Origin: an uncultured Chloroflexia bacterium
GTDB lineage: Bacteria > Chloroflexota > Anaerolineae > Anaerolineales > UBA4823
DNA: 64,000 nucleotides
Assembly (NCBI GenBank): GCA_963792075.1
Contig: CAWBUW010000007.1
Location: 974,429 to 1,038,428, forward strand
Direction: 5' to 3'
Positions 17,893 to 27,503 of the stretch are shown piece by piece. Made by a program: the position numbers and the translations under genes. The stretch's first letter is position 1. The number at the start of each line of letters is the position of its first letter. Below the pieces are notes generated by a model, which did not search any database, was not told the DNA's origin, and was given only the letters and a program-made list of their open reading frames with translations.

Positions 17893-18264
17893 ATGTCAAA
17901 ATTGCATAGTAAAGCGATCCTCATTTCTTGGATTTTGTTTACAGCGGGTTTTAGCTTAAGAATAGTGTGGAGTTTTTACGGATTAGAATGGTCCTATTGG
18001 CTCGGTAATATTGCTGCAAGTTTATTTTTTATCCTTCCCGGTATAGCCACATTACTTACAACTATACCTATGTCCTGGCAAGATGGCATGTGGATTAGAA
18101 ATAAGAAACTCGATAGTCGGTCCGACCTTACTCCAATTCGAAAAATTGCCTATTTAATACTGGCTTTTCTGGAATTGCTTATCGGCACCTTAATTCTTTT
18201 CTCAACTTTCAAAAGAGTGATTATGGGTTGTTCACCAATGGAAGATTGTGGAGGATTATTCTGA
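17893..18264 (+). CDS. small membrane protein (about 3 TM helices)
   Basis: AT-rich ORF. ATG at 17893 is preceded by GAGGT (the ORF opens with TTG at 17833). Hydrophobic helices. Confidence 0.45.
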   Translation: MSKLHSKAILISWILFTAGFSLRIVWSFYGLEWSYWLGNIAASLFFILPGIATLLTTIPMSWQDGMWIRNKKLDSRSDLTPIRKIAYLILAFLELLIGTLILFSTFKRVIMGCSPMEDCGGLF

Positions 18265-18422
18265 TTTGTCGTTTAGCCTCTTAGACTTGGGTTTAGAGTT
18301 CTGACTCTTTGGTTTTTAGGTGCTTTTAACTTCCTTTTTCTTCTCCGTATTTCCGTTTTTGGGTTAAAATGGAGATGACGGATTCGCAACCGTAGAACTT
18401 TGCCCCTGAAAGGAGCATCGTT

Positions 18423-18902
18423 TTGGCACCCGATCAAGCCTCTTCGAAATTGATCTTTGGCAGGCCCATATCCCAGGTGAGCGCCCCACCGGGCGAAAGC
18501 AGTTCCCCCATCCCCTCTGCCCACCGGTTGTTGGTGCTGATCCCTGAGCTGCACTTTACGGATAACCCTCAACTGGCTCAGCACCTGCGCGAACTGGCCG
18601 GCGAGGCCGGGGCCAACATCACTTTGCTTTCGCTCGTAGAACAGGAAGATGAGGGGCTGCACATGCAGCACCGCCTGGAGACCTTCGCCTCCATCATCCG
18701 CAACAGTCGTACGGCTGTAAACGTCATCATCGAGATCGGCAGCAACTGGCACCACGCCGTTCAGGAAGCCTGGCAGGTAGGCGACCTGATCGTTTGCCCG
18801 ATTGAACATACCATCAAAACCGGTATCTTTCACCGCACGCGCATCCTGGCGCAGGTGATCGTAGAAGACCTGCACAAAACCGTTTATGCCATCTCTACCT
18901 GA
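18423..18902 (+). CDS. hypothetical protein, weakly universal-stress-protein-like
   Basis: TTG start 8 nt after AAAGGAG. RLLVLIPE...ANITLLSLVE...GDLIVCPIEH resembles a USP fold. The stop abuts the next gene's start. Preferred over the antisense ORF 18273-18911. Confidence 0.4.
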   Translation: MAPDQASSKLIFGRPISQVSAPPGESSSPIPSAHRLLVLIPELHFTDNPQLAQHLRELAGEAGANITLLSLVEQEDEGLHMQHRLETFASIIRNSRTAVNVIIEIGSNWHHAVQEAWQVGDLIVCPIEHTIKTGIFHRTRILAQVIVEDLHKTVYAIST

Positions 18903-18903
18903 T

Positions 18904-19890
18904 ATGACCAACCAAATCCTTTATCTCTCCCGCCAAGACGTTGAAACCGTAAACCTGGCTGCCGATGCAGACGGCATGCGCCTGATCATCCACCTGCTCG
19001 AAACCGCCTTTGCCGAAAAAGGCGCCGGGAAGGTGGAAATGCCTCCCAAGCCAGGCATCCATACCCGGCCGGATGCCTTCATCCACGCCATGCCGGCCTT
19101 CATCCCTGCCATGCGCTCGGCCGGCATCAAGTGGGTCAGCGGTTATCCCGAGAACCAGGCCCGCGGCCTGCCCTACATCAGCGGCCTGCTGGTGCTCAAC
19201 GATGTGGATACCGGCCTGCCCTACGCCATCATGGACTGCACCTGGATCACCGCCTATCGCACCGGCGCAGCGACCGCCCTGGCGGCGCGCTACCTGGCGC
19301 GTCCCGATTCCGCCGTCGCCGGCATCCTGGCCTGCGGCGTGCAGGGACGCACCAACCTGGAAGCACTGCATGCGCTTTTCCCGCTGAAGCGGGCCTATGC
19401 CTACGACCTTCACCCGGACGTGCAGCAGCGGTTTGTGGACGAAATGTCCAAACGGCTGGGGCTGGAGATCGTCGGCGTCAGCCAGCCGCGCCTCGCCGTA
19501 GAGCCCAGCGACCTGGTGGTCACTTCGGGCCCCATCCTCAAGCACCCCACGCCCACCATCCAACCCGGTTGGCTGCAAGCGGGCGCGTTCGGCAGCGCGG
19601 TGGACTTCGACAGCTACTGGTCGTCCGCGGCGATGCAAGCCATGCACCGCATCTCGACCGATGACCACGCCCAGTTCCAATACTACCGCAGCGTGGGCTA
19701 TTTCGAACACACGCCCGACCCTTACGCCGACCTGGGCGAGCTGGTCTGCAAGACGCAGCCCGGTCGCCAATCCCCCCAGGAGCGCACGCTGGCGATCAAC
19801 CTCGGCCTGGCGCTGGATGACATGGCGCTCGCGCCCGAAATCTACCAGCGCGCCCGCCAGATGGGCCTGGGCACCTGGCTCGACCTCTAG
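18904..19890 (+). CDS. ornithine cyclodeaminase / mu-crystallin family protein
   Basis: MPPKPGIH, IKWVSGYPEN, TAYRTGAATALAARYLARPDS and GILACGVQGRTNLEAL (Rossmann). The ATG at 18904 directly follows the upstream TGA. Confidence 0.8.
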   Translation: MTNQILYLSRQDVETVNLAADADGMRLIIHLLETAFAEKGAGKVEMPPKPGIHTRPDAFIHAMPAFIPAMRSAGIKWVSGYPENQARGLPYISGLLVLNDVDTGLPYAIMDCTWITAYRTGAATALAARYLARPDSAVAGILACGVQGRTNLEALHALFPLKRAYAYDLHPDVQQRFVDEMSKRLGLEIVGVSQPRLAVEPSDLVVTSGPILKHPTPTIQPGWLQAGAFGSAVDFDSYWSSAAMQAMHRISTDDHAQFQYYRSVGYFEHTPDPYADLGELVCKTQPGRQSPQERTLAINLGLALDDMALAPEIYQRARQMGLGTWLDL

Positions 19891-19919
19891 ATCATCACCC
19901 CCAAGATAGCAGAGATTCT

Positions 19920-20504
19920 TTGATACCTGATTTCTCCATCGTTCCAATACAGGCAGCCGATCGCGCCTGGCTGAGGCAGTTCTGGATCGAGCATTGGGGC
20001 GCTGCGGAAATGGTCTCGCGCGGCAAGGTGCACCGCGTCGATGACCTGCCCGGCTTTGTAGCCCTGGGGAGCTGCGCCGAAGGTCTGCTGCGACCCGCCC
20101 CAACCGGTAACGAAAGCGCCGCCCAGCCAGGCGCCAGGGTCTGCGGCGTCGCCACGTACTGCATCGAAAACGAGCAGTGCGAGCTGCTCTCCATCGACAG
20201 CCTGGCCGAGGGCCAGGGCATTGGCAGCGCTCTGCTGGATGCCGTGCGCCAGGCCGCCGCATCCGCCTGCTGCCGCCGCCTGTGGCTGATCACGACCAAC
20301 GATAACCTGCCCGCGCTGCGCTTCTACCAACGGCGCGGCTTGCGCCTGGTAGCTGTCCACGCCGGCGCTGTCGACCAGTCCCGGCGCATCAAGCCCTCCA
20401 TTCCCGAAACCGGCCTGGATGGCATCCCCCTGCGCGATGAGATCGAATTGGAATTTCTTCTACCGGCTGTCTGGCAATGCCGATGCATCGCCAGACACCG
20501 GTAA
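19920..20504 (+). CDS. GNAT-family N-acetyltransferase
   Basis: GQGIGSALLDAVRQAA...LWLITTNDNLPALRFYQRRGLRLV. TTG start, with no nearby ATG. Confidence 0.7.
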   Translation: MIPDFSIVPIQAADRAWLRQFWIEHWGAAEMVSRGKVHRVDDLPGFVALGSCAEGLLRPAPTGNESAAQPGARVCGVATYCIENEQCELLSIDSLAEGQGIGSALLDAVRQAAASACCRRLWLITTNDNLPALRFYQRRGLRLVAVHAGAVDQSRRIKPSIPETGLDGIPLRDEIELEFLLPAVWQCRCIARHR

Positions 20505-20512
20505 AACTGCTC

Positions 20513-20536
20513 GCCCTCCCCCCATTGGGGGAGGGC
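20513..20536. terminator. GC hairpin after the GNAT gene
   Basis: gccctccccc-catt-gggggagggc. Confidence 0.4.
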
Positions 20537-20552
20537 AGGTTGCGGAGCAACC

Positions 20553-21125
20553 GTGGCGTGTGAGGGAGGAACCGAAGGTGAGGCCGGGACTGGCGTCGCC
20601 GGCGCCCGCCTCTCCCGCCGCGCCATCTACGAATCGCGCTGGGTCAACCTGTACCTGGACCACATGCGCACCCCTTCCGGCAAAGAGATCCAGGATTACC
20701 ACGTGATCGACTTTTCCACCCAGGCCGTCGGGGTGTACGTCACCAACGACCAGGGACAGGTGCTCATGGGACGCTACTACCGCTACACCATCAACCAGGT
20801 GCGCTGGGAAGTGCCCGCCGGAGGCATCGAGGAGGGCGAAGACCTGCTGGATGCCGCCCGCCGGGAAGTGTTCGAAGAGACCGGTTACACCACGCACAGC
20901 CTGCGGCATTATTACACCTACCACCCGGGCGCGGGTTCGTCCAACAAAGTTTTTCACCTGGTGCGCGGCTTTGCCGGCGATCGCACCGGCAGCCATGACC
21001 CGGACGAAGTCGAACAGATCGCCTGGTTCACACCCGATCAGCTTCGCCAGATGATCCAACGCGGCGAAATCCAGGATGGCTATACGCTCACCGCCCTGCT
21101 GATCGCGTGGGAGCTAGAAAAATGA
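20553..21125 (+). CDS. NUDIX hydrolase (ADP-ribose pyrophosphatase-like); start uncertain
   Basis: Nudix box WEVPAGGIEEGEDLLDAARREVFEETGY. Confidence 0.8.
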   Translation: MACEGGTEGEAGTGVAGARLSRRAIYESRWVNLYLDHMRTPSGKEIQDYHVIDFSTQAVGVYVTNDQGQVLMGRYYRYTINQVRWEVPAGGIEEGEDLLDAARREVFEETGYTTHSLRHYYTYHPGAGSSNKVFHLVRGFAGDRTGSHDPDEVEQIAWFTPDQLRQMIQRGEIQDGYTLTALLIAWELEK

Positions 21126-21325
21126 CCCCACCCAGGCGCAGTGAAATCCACCCCGGTTCCAGGGTGCAGATTATTGAGAAACAAAACCAGCGCAGCGGCC
21201 AGCTTACCGAAGGGGTGGTGCTGCGCATCCTGACCTCCAGCCCCACGCACCCGCACGGGATCAAGGTGATGCTGGAGGATGGCCGGGTTGGCCGGGTGCA
21301 GGCAGTGCTTGGAGGCAGACCCTAA
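21122..21325 (+). CDS. YwbE-like small protein (DUF2196 family)
   Basis: SRVQIIEKQNQRSGQLTEGVVLRILTSSPTHPHGIKVMLEDGRVGRVQ. The ATG overlaps the upstream TGA (ATGA). Confidence 0.7.
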   Translation: MTPPRRSEIHPGSRVQIIEKQNQRSGQLTEGVVLRILTSSPTHPHGIKVMLEDGRVGRVQAVLGGRP

Positions 21326-21349
21326 AGGTTTTAAAAACCTTTAGGGTCT
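21317..21349. repeat. 33-nt perfect palindrome, copy 1; contains the stop codon of the preceding gene
   Basis: agaccctaaaggtttt-a-aaaacctttagggtct. The identical core recurs at 27001-27037. Confidence 0.8.
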
Positions 21350-21399
21350 ACCAGGTTCGCGCCCGGCGCCGGAATAGCCCGGCGATTTACTAGGAGCTG

Positions 21400-21951
21400 A
21401 TGATGAAAACCGAAAGTGTGATGTGGCTATTGGTAGTCGTCTTTATGATCCATGACTTTGAGGAAATCATTATGATCCAGCCCTGGCTCGCGCGCAATGC
21501 TGGCAATTTGAATAGACGATTCCCAAAGGTGACTGGCAAGCTCCTGTCCCAATACGAAAAACTCTCCACATCTTCCTTTGCGCTGGCCGTAGCCGTAGAG
21601 TTTATCTTGCTATCCTTCCTTACGTACATCACCGTCGAACGTGAATTATATTCACTATGGACTGGCATTTTACTGGGATATTTTATTCACCTGCTGGCGC
21701 ATATGGGGCAATACATCGTATTTCGTCGTTACGTTCCGGCCATTTTTACCAGCGTTTTAACCAGTATCTATTGTATATGGGCGATATTTTATCTCAACGC
21801 ACGCCACCCCCTCGTCTGGAACGAAGTGTTGCTCTGGACTTTGGTTGCCTTGCTTGTGCTGGTGGTTAACTTGATCTTGATACACTGGCTTGCCCGGCAA
21901 TTCGAGCAGTATCTGAGAGTGTTTTCGAGGACAGAAGAAGATTCCAACTGA
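21400..21951 (+). CDS. HXXEE-domain membrane protein
   Basis: MIHDFEEIIM motif near the N-terminus, multiple TM helices, AT-richer than flanking genes. Confidence 0.65.
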   Translation: MMKTESVMWLLVVVFMIHDFEEIIMIQPWLARNAGNLNRRFPKVTGKLLSQYEKLSTSSFALAVAVEFILLSFLTYITVERELYSLWTGILLGYFIHLLAHMGQYIVFRRYVPAIFTSVLTSIYCIWAIFYLNARHPLVWNEVLLWTLVALLVLVVNLILIHWLARQFEQYLRVFSRTEEDSN

Positions 21952-22011
21952 AAATAATCCGTAGAACCAGGTGTTGATCCTTTACCGAATCAAATATGAC
22001 TACGTATACAA

Positions 22012-23019
22012 ATGAAAAAGTATTTGCACACTAATTGGTTTACCTGGATAACTTCTATTATTCCTGGAGTTGGGATGATTCTGGTGGGTGAGAAGACGTT
22101 GGGGCTCAGCACCATGCTGATTGTCTTTTTGTTACTTGTTATTTTCTGGTTGTTTCCATCTTTGGTCACCTGGTATATAGTTGGTGTAATATATATTGCG
22201 CAAATGGCTTACGCTGTTGCCAAAGCCACAATCCATAAAACCAAAGAGACATATAGAGAAATAACGCCAAATTCGAATCTCGCACAAAAGTTACCTGAGA
22301 AATTCTCGGATAAAAAACAATTAGCTAAACAAGTTTATCAATCTCTATCAACTATTGTAAACAACGATGACCACCTTATTGCTGCTGTAGTCGGTCTTAA
22401 ACTTAATACATCAAGGTTTATTTTTGTAGGAGCCACAAATAATCATCTGATATTGGCGGATTGTAATCAATCGGGAAATCCCGTAAAGCCCAGGCTGATC
22501 CAAAATGGTCATGTTGAGTGGCTGGATATAAAATTAGGTGAACGGAATCTAATTCTTACTATCGAAGAAGAAAGCGGTAAGATAATTCCTTTGCACATAC
22601 CAGGAAAATTACGTGAGCAAGCAAAAGCTTTACTAGAAAATGTCCCAGGAACATGGGCAACTGAAAATCCTATAGAGGATTTAGTGTCGCTTCATACGCA
22701 GGAGTTTCGCTCCGGAGCAGTTATCGTTTATGGAATTAGTTTTATCATATTTATTATTGCCATGTTACAAACAGACAATATGCAACAACCTTATCAGAGA
22801 ATCGCTGAGGATCTAATCTGGTTAATATTGCTCTTTGTATTTGGATGGCCTCCATTCGTCTACCTAGTACGTCGTTTTGTAAAGGAGCCGGGAATAACAT
22901 CCGTAAATGTGTTTGCATCATTTTCTGGAATTGGTATTGCTTCTTTATGGCTAATGACGATACATTTCACAGGGGTTATAGTGGTCGCTCTCGTAAAGTA
23001 TATACAAAGTTTGGGCTAA
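22012..23019 (+). CDS. hypothetical membrane protein with a central soluble (bacterial PH-like?) module
   Basis: 335-aa AT-rich ORF with TM helices at both ends. Confidence 0.55.
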   Translation: MKKYLHTNWFTWITSIIPGVGMILVGEKTLGLSTMLIVFLLLVIFWLFPSLVTWYIVGVIYIAQMAYAVAKATIHKTKETYREITPNSNLAQKLPEKFSDKKQLAKQVYQSLSTIVNNDDHLIAAVVGLKLNTSRFIFVGATNNHLILADCNQSGNPVKPRLIQNGHVEWLDIKLGERNLILTIEEESGKIIPLHIPGKLREQAKALLENVPGTWATENPIEDLVSLHTQEFRSGAVIVYGISFIIFIIAMLQTDNMQQPYQRIAEDLIWLILLFVFGWPPFVYLVRRFVKEPGITSVNVFASFSGIGIASLWLMTIHFTGVIVVALVKYIQSLG

Positions 23020-23100
23020 TCACTGCATGGATGCAGACTAAGTGCTATTCGCCTTATACTGGTAGTGTTTTTGTCCCTTCTGGACTAAAGGCCTCTTAAA

Positions 23101-25875
23101 CTACTTATCTCGCACAATAATTGGCAGGATAACCTGATAGGTGTCACCCACCAGCTTATAGACCCCGCTCTGGCAGACCGGGAGAGCCAGGACGCGCTGC
23201 GCCGCATCCCGCGTGTACTCGCTCGCCGGGCTGCAGGATTGGCTGGCCTCCTGCCAGGCTGCGCCGTCCCAGCGCCACAGCGCCAGACTCTGCGCATCGG
23301 TGACCACCTGGATATCGTCCGCACTGTACTGGATGGTCAGCGTGACCGGCGTGCTGAAGGTGAAATCGGCCGCCCGGGCAGCACCCGGGAGGACGGTCAG
23401 CTCGAAGGCATGCCCGGTAAAGCTGTGCCCCGGCGCTCCCCCGGCGTCACCGGGCGCCAACCCGACCGTTGCAGCGGTGGCGAGGGCGCTGCCGGGGATT
23501 TCCAGCCGGGTGGGCAGGCCCTGCGTATCGGTATAGACCAGCGCCAGGTCCGTTCCAGGCGTGAAGACGCCACTGACCGGCGCTGCCAGGATGGTGAAGT
23601 TCTGCTGCTCCGCTGATGGTGGCAAGGTAACGGTACGCGAGGAGGGCGTAAAGACGTATCCGGCCAGGCTGGGGGTGAAAGTATAAGCTCCAGCAGGTAG
23701 ACTGCGGAGTGAAAACGCGCCTTGCAGGTTGGTGATGTTTTCGAACAAGGGATCGCCTGTGGATACCCGCACTCCTGGCTTCGGTTGGTGGTTGGGTTGG
23801 ATCACCCACCCGCTGATGGAGGGCAGGCTCGGGTCGATAGTACGGGCGAGATAAATGTTGTCGCCGAAGAAAAAGATCCGGTCGCCCGAATGGGTCACAC
23901 CATGCATATATTCTGGAGGGTCATAGGAACCGATTTCCACCGGCGCGGCGCTGTCGGTGAAATCATAAATGCGCAGCCCCTGCCTCTGGTAAACAATAGA
24001 AGCACGCTTGTTTTCCAGGCTGATGCTCCACGGAGCCCAACCGAACTCGTTGGAAATTCGGTGGGCCAGGGTCGGTGCTGCTGGATTTGTGACGTCGATG
24101 AGCCAGACATCCCCTGAAAAAAAACCTGCCAGGGGTGTGGGAGGCGGTTCGACCGTGGTGAGAAAGGCAATGTTGTTTTGAACGGCTACACTGGTTGCAC
24201 TTTGCCCCCCAGAATACCTGTCTAAAGGATCATAGATTCCAAGCTCTTCGGGAACAGCCGGATTGGAGGCATCCACCATGACCAGGTTGCCGTTATCAGC
24301 AGCCAGGTACAACATGGTCCCCACCGCGGCGATATCGATAATCCCATAGGCTGGCGTGTAAGCACCGGTTTGCTGGGGGCTAAGCGGGCTGCTGATATCC
24401 AGGATGCGCAGACCTGCCGTCCCTGCGGCAGCATAAAGCGTGTTATCGATTCGCGTCAACTGTTTTAGCTCGATCGGCAAAACAAACGCCCCGGCTTTAA
24501 TGGGTAGCGCAGGGCTGCTGATATCCAGGATCCACAGTCCTTCATTCTGGAGGGCAACATAAGCATATCCGCCTTTCAGAACGAGCGAAACCGCCGGTTG
24601 GGGGGTGACCAAATGCGCTTGCAGAGCTGGCATCCTGGGGTTTGAGACGTCCAGGACCCAGAACCCGTCATCCGCCGCCAGGTAAGCATAGGGGTACGCA
24701 GACACGACCTCGTTGACAGTTCGCGGATTTGAGAACAAATCCCGCTGAGCCAGGGCATTAATATCCAACATCTCCAACCCAAACGCACCGTTGGCCAAAT
24801 AGCCGGTGGCTCCAAAGATATCGATATCCGTTGTCTGCCCGGTCGTGGTGTAAGCACCCGTTACCGCGGGGATTAGCGGATTTGTGATGTCCACGCGCAG
24901 GATTTGGGAGGCATTCGTGCCAATATAAGCGCTTAAGCTTTCGATCTGAATCACCTGGGCTTCGCTCGCCAGGGTGTAGGTGATGGCAGGGACAGGATCC
25001 CCTGGGCCGCTGACATCGACCACCTGGAGCCCATCCGCTCCGGCTGCCAGAAATGCGTAACTGCCTGCCAGAGCGATCCCTTGGGATTGTCCGGATACAG
25101 GCGTTGAGCCAGTCTCAACAAGTCCGGCGGGTAAGGAGGTGTCGAATACTTTCAGGGTTGCGCTGGGACTATCCAAAATGGCATAGACCTGGTTATTCCT
25201 GACAGCTAATCCACCGATTGAGCTCATAGGGGTGCTGAATTCCGCAAGCACAATCGGGTTGGTGGGATCAGAGATATCCAGGCGGTTCAAATAAGCCCCC
25301 GCATTCTGGATAATCCCCCCGTAAGCTGAACAGGCGGTATAAGCAAAGAAAGCAGTCGGGCCGCTTGCAATCACGTACGGGGACGAGCCGCAGTCACTGA
25401 ATTTCAGGTTAATTAATGATACCGGTATGTCCGGATGGCGGATGTCCACTACCTGCAATCCGGTAGGGCCATAATTTCCCTTCAATTCTCCCCGGTAAGC
25501 GATAAAAGCAAAATCCCCGTAAATAGAGATATCCATCACAACACCCGCAGTTGCCAGCCAGCCCACGCGCTGGATTTGCGCCGGGTTGGAGATATCCAGG
25601 ATGTCAAATTCTGTTCCGAAGCCGGCATAAGCATAAGGCGCTCTCACCTGAATCGCTTGTGCTGCGCCTCCTATTTGTCCCAGCAGCTCGACACTCTGGG
25701 CAGTATGGGGCTGTTGAGGGACTGGCATGAGGCCGGGTAAGGAATTCTCAGCAATACTCTTTGTGCTGGTGGCTTCACCATGGGCCAGCGGAATAACGAG
25801 AAGACTGAATACGATGATCGCTGTAAACACGCTTTGAAGATGTCTTTTCGTGGCTGGTCGATCTGTAATGAACAT
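23101..25875 (-). CDS. secreted LVIVD-repeat beta-propeller protein with C-terminal Ig/carboxypeptidase-regulatory-like region
   Basis: Signal peptide. Repeated GLQVVDV, GLEMLDI, GFWVLDVSNP, GLWILDISSP, GLRILDISSP and NLVMVDASNP units. Confidence 0.75.
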   Translation of the reverse strand: MFITDRPATKRHLQSVFTAIIVFSLLVIPLAHGEATSTKSIAENSLPGLMPVPQQPHTAQSVELLGQIGGAAQAIQVRAPYAYAGFGTEFDILDISNPAQIQRVGWLATAGVVMDISIYGDFAFIAYRGELKGNYGPTGLQVVDIRHPDIPVSLINLKFSDCGSSPYVIASGPTAFFAYTACSAYGGIIQNAGAYLNRLDISDPTNPIVLAEFSTPMSSIGGLAVRNNQVYAILDSPSATLKVFDTSLPAGLVETGSTPVSGQSQGIALAGSYAFLAAGADGLQVVDVSGPGDPVPAITYTLASEAQVIQIESLSAYIGTNASQILRVDITNPLIPAVTGAYTTTGQTTDIDIFGATGYLANGAFGLEMLDINALAQRDLFSNPRTVNEVVSAYPYAYLAADDGFWVLDVSNPRMPALQAHLVTPQPAVSLVLKGGYAYVALQNEGLWILDISSPALPIKAGAFVLPIELKQLTRIDNTLYAAAGTAGLRILDISSPLSPQQTGAYTPAYGIIDIAAVGTMLYLAADNGNLVMVDASNPAVPEELGIYDPLDRYSGGQSATSVAVQNNIAFLTTVEPPPTPLAGFFSGDVWLIDVTNPAAPTLAHRISNEFGWAPWSISLENKRASIVYQRQGLRIYDFTDSAAPVEIGSYDPPEYMHGVTHSGDRIFFFGDNIYLARTIDPSLPSISGWVIQPNHQPKPGVRVSTGDPLFENITNLQGAFSLRSLPAGAYTFTPSLAGYVFTPSSRTVTLPPSAEQQNFTILAAPVSGVFTPGTDLALVYTDTQGLPTRLEIPGSALATAATVGLAPGDAGGAPGHSFTGHAFELTVLPGAARAADFTFSTPVTLTIQYSADDIQVVTDAQSLALWRWDGAAWQEASQSCSPASEYTRDAAQRVLALPVCQSGVYKLVGDTYQVILPIIVRDK

Positions 25876-25987
25876 ATCTTGCTCCTTCTTCCGAACAACG
25901 CTGCCGTTGTTCGTACAGCAATGTTTGACTCTTTTTATTGTATACTTAAAAAAGCTGATTTGTTACACTCACTTTTGATAAGAAGGG

Positions 25988-26018
25988 TATGCGTGTGCGG
26001 CTTCACTGCACACGCATA
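25988..26018. repeat. hairpin upstream of the LVIVD gene
   Basis: tatgcgtgtgc-ggcttcact-gcacacgcata. Confidence 0.45.
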
Positions 26019-26120
26019 TCTTCGTGGATGAGAACCCACCAGCCTGGCAGATATCAGACATTTACGATACAATTAGCTTAATATAGACCAATCAATATAC
26101 CGTATAAGGATAAAAAGCTT

Positions 26121-27011
26121 ATGCAAAAAATAATCCCCCATTTATGGTTCGACAAAGAAGCCATCGAGGCAGCGGATTTTTACGTCTCCACGTTTCCCAA
26201 ATCGAAGATCAAGAACAGCTCAAAAATCAACGATACTCCTTCGGGCAGGGTCGATATTGTGAACTTTGAGCTTTTGGGATTGGAATTCCAGGCCATCAGC
26301 GCCGGTCCGCTTTTCAAGTTCAATCCGTCCGTATCGTTCCATGTCCCATGTAAAACAAAAGATGAAGTGGACGCCATCTGGAATAAGCTCTTGCCGGGTG
26401 GGCAGGTGCTCATGGAGCTTGGAGCCTACCCTTTCAGCGAACGATATGGCTGGATACAGGATAGGTACGGGCTTTCCTGGCAAATCATTTATCACAGTGG
26501 ACCCGGCGTAAAACAGAAGATCACTCCGGTGATGCTGTTCGTGGGCAGCGTATGCGGCAAGGCGGAAGAAGCCATCCATTTGTGGGCCTCCGTGTTCCGT
26601 GAAGCGAAAGTCGATTCGATCCAGCGTTACGGCAAAGGCGAGGCACCGGACAAAGAGGGTACGGTAAGATATGCTGCTTTTTCGCTGTTCGGCCAGGAAT
26701 TCGGAGCCATGGACAGCGCGCAGGATCATCGCTTCGCTTTCAATGAGGCCATTTCCTTTATCGTAAGCTGTGATACTCAAGACGAAATTGACCGCTATTG
26801 GCATGGACTCTCTGCCGTGCCTGAAGCGGAGCAGTGCGGCTGGCTCAAAGACAAATTCGGCTTTTCGTGGCAGGTGGTACCTTCGAACATGGGAGAGCTG
26901 CTGGGAGGCAGCGACCAGGAAAAAACCGACCGCGTGACGCAAGCATTTCTAGCCATGAAGAAATTTGACATGGCAAAATTGCAGGAAGCATACGACGGGA
27001 AAAGACCCTAA
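26121..27011 (+). CDS. tandem PhnB-like / VOC (glyoxalase-fold, 3-demethylubiquinone-9 methyltransferase-domain) protein
   Basis: Two repeats of IIPHLWFD...FYVSTF...GWIQDRYGLSWQI / ...GWLKDKFGFSWQVVP. Confidence 0.75.
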   Translation: MQKIIPHLWFDKEAIEAADFYVSTFPKSKIKNSSKINDTPSGRVDIVNFELLGLEFQAISAGPLFKFNPSVSFHVPCKTKDEVDAIWNKLLPGGQVLMELGAYPFSERYGWIQDRYGLSWQIIYHSGPGVKQKITPVMLFVGSVCGKAEEAIHLWASVFREAKVDSIQRYGKGEAPDKEGTVRYAAFSLFGQEFGAMDSAQDHRFAFNEAISFIVSCDTQDEIDRYWHGLSAVPEAEQCGWLKDKFGFSWQVVPSNMGELLGGSDQEKTDRVTQAFLAMKKFDMAKLQEAYDGKRP

Positions 27012-27037
27012 AGGTTTTAAAAACCTTTAGGGTCTTT
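27001..27037. repeat. 37-nt perfect palindrome, copy 2; supplies the stop of the + gene and overlaps the stop of the - gene
   Basis: aaagaccctaaaggtttt-a-aaaacctttagggtcttt. Confidence 0.8.
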
Positions 27038-27503
27038 ACCCGTACACCACCGTCACCACCAGGTCCGCGCCTGCCGTCGAGCTGCCTACCTGGTCCACGT
27101 CGATCGTTAAATATTCCCCCGCCGCCCAGGTGGGCTGCTCCACCGTACTGCTGTAGCCCGCATTCGCCCCCGCTGCCACCTGGGGGCGGGTCGTCTGGCT
27201 CGTGAAGATGGTCGTGCCATTTTTATGCACATCCACGATCAGCGCTGCGCCCAGCGGCGCCGTCCCCACCGCCAGGTGCACTTCGCCAATCGTCACCCCA
27301 TTCCCGCTGCGGTTGTAGAAACGCAGCACGCCGCTGCCCACGCTCAGTGTACCGCTGAGCGTATGCCTTAACTGCTGCTGGTAAGCCCCTCCGCCCGCCA
27401 GCACCAGCTCCAGCCGGCCGCTGGCATCCGTGCGCAGGGGGTGTGCCAAGCCCGCCTCATCCATCCCGATGGGCATGGGTTGGTCTCGCCTCGGCATCGT
27501 CAT
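27036..27503 (-). CDS. phage-like module protein, unknown function (last gene of the module)
   Basis: 155-aa ORF. Its start abuts the stop of the upstream gene (TAGATG). Beta-rich sequence. Confidence 0.55.
   Translation of the reverse strand: MTMPRRDQPMPIGMDEAGLAHPLRTDASGRLELVLAGGGAYQQQLRHTLSGTLSVGSGVLRFYNRSGNGVTIGEVHLAVGTAPLGAALIVDVHKNGTTIFTSQTTRPQVAAGANAGYSSTVEQPTWAAGEYLTIDVDQVGSSTAGADLVVTVVYG

Noticed and set aside
18895-20262. 455-aa minus-strand ORF spanning the ornithine cyclodeaminase and GNAT genes.
   Set aside because: It is antisense to two genes with clear family motifs. Its translation is Arg/Gly/Ala/Pro-rich with no recognisable motif, which is typical of a high-GC shadow ORF.
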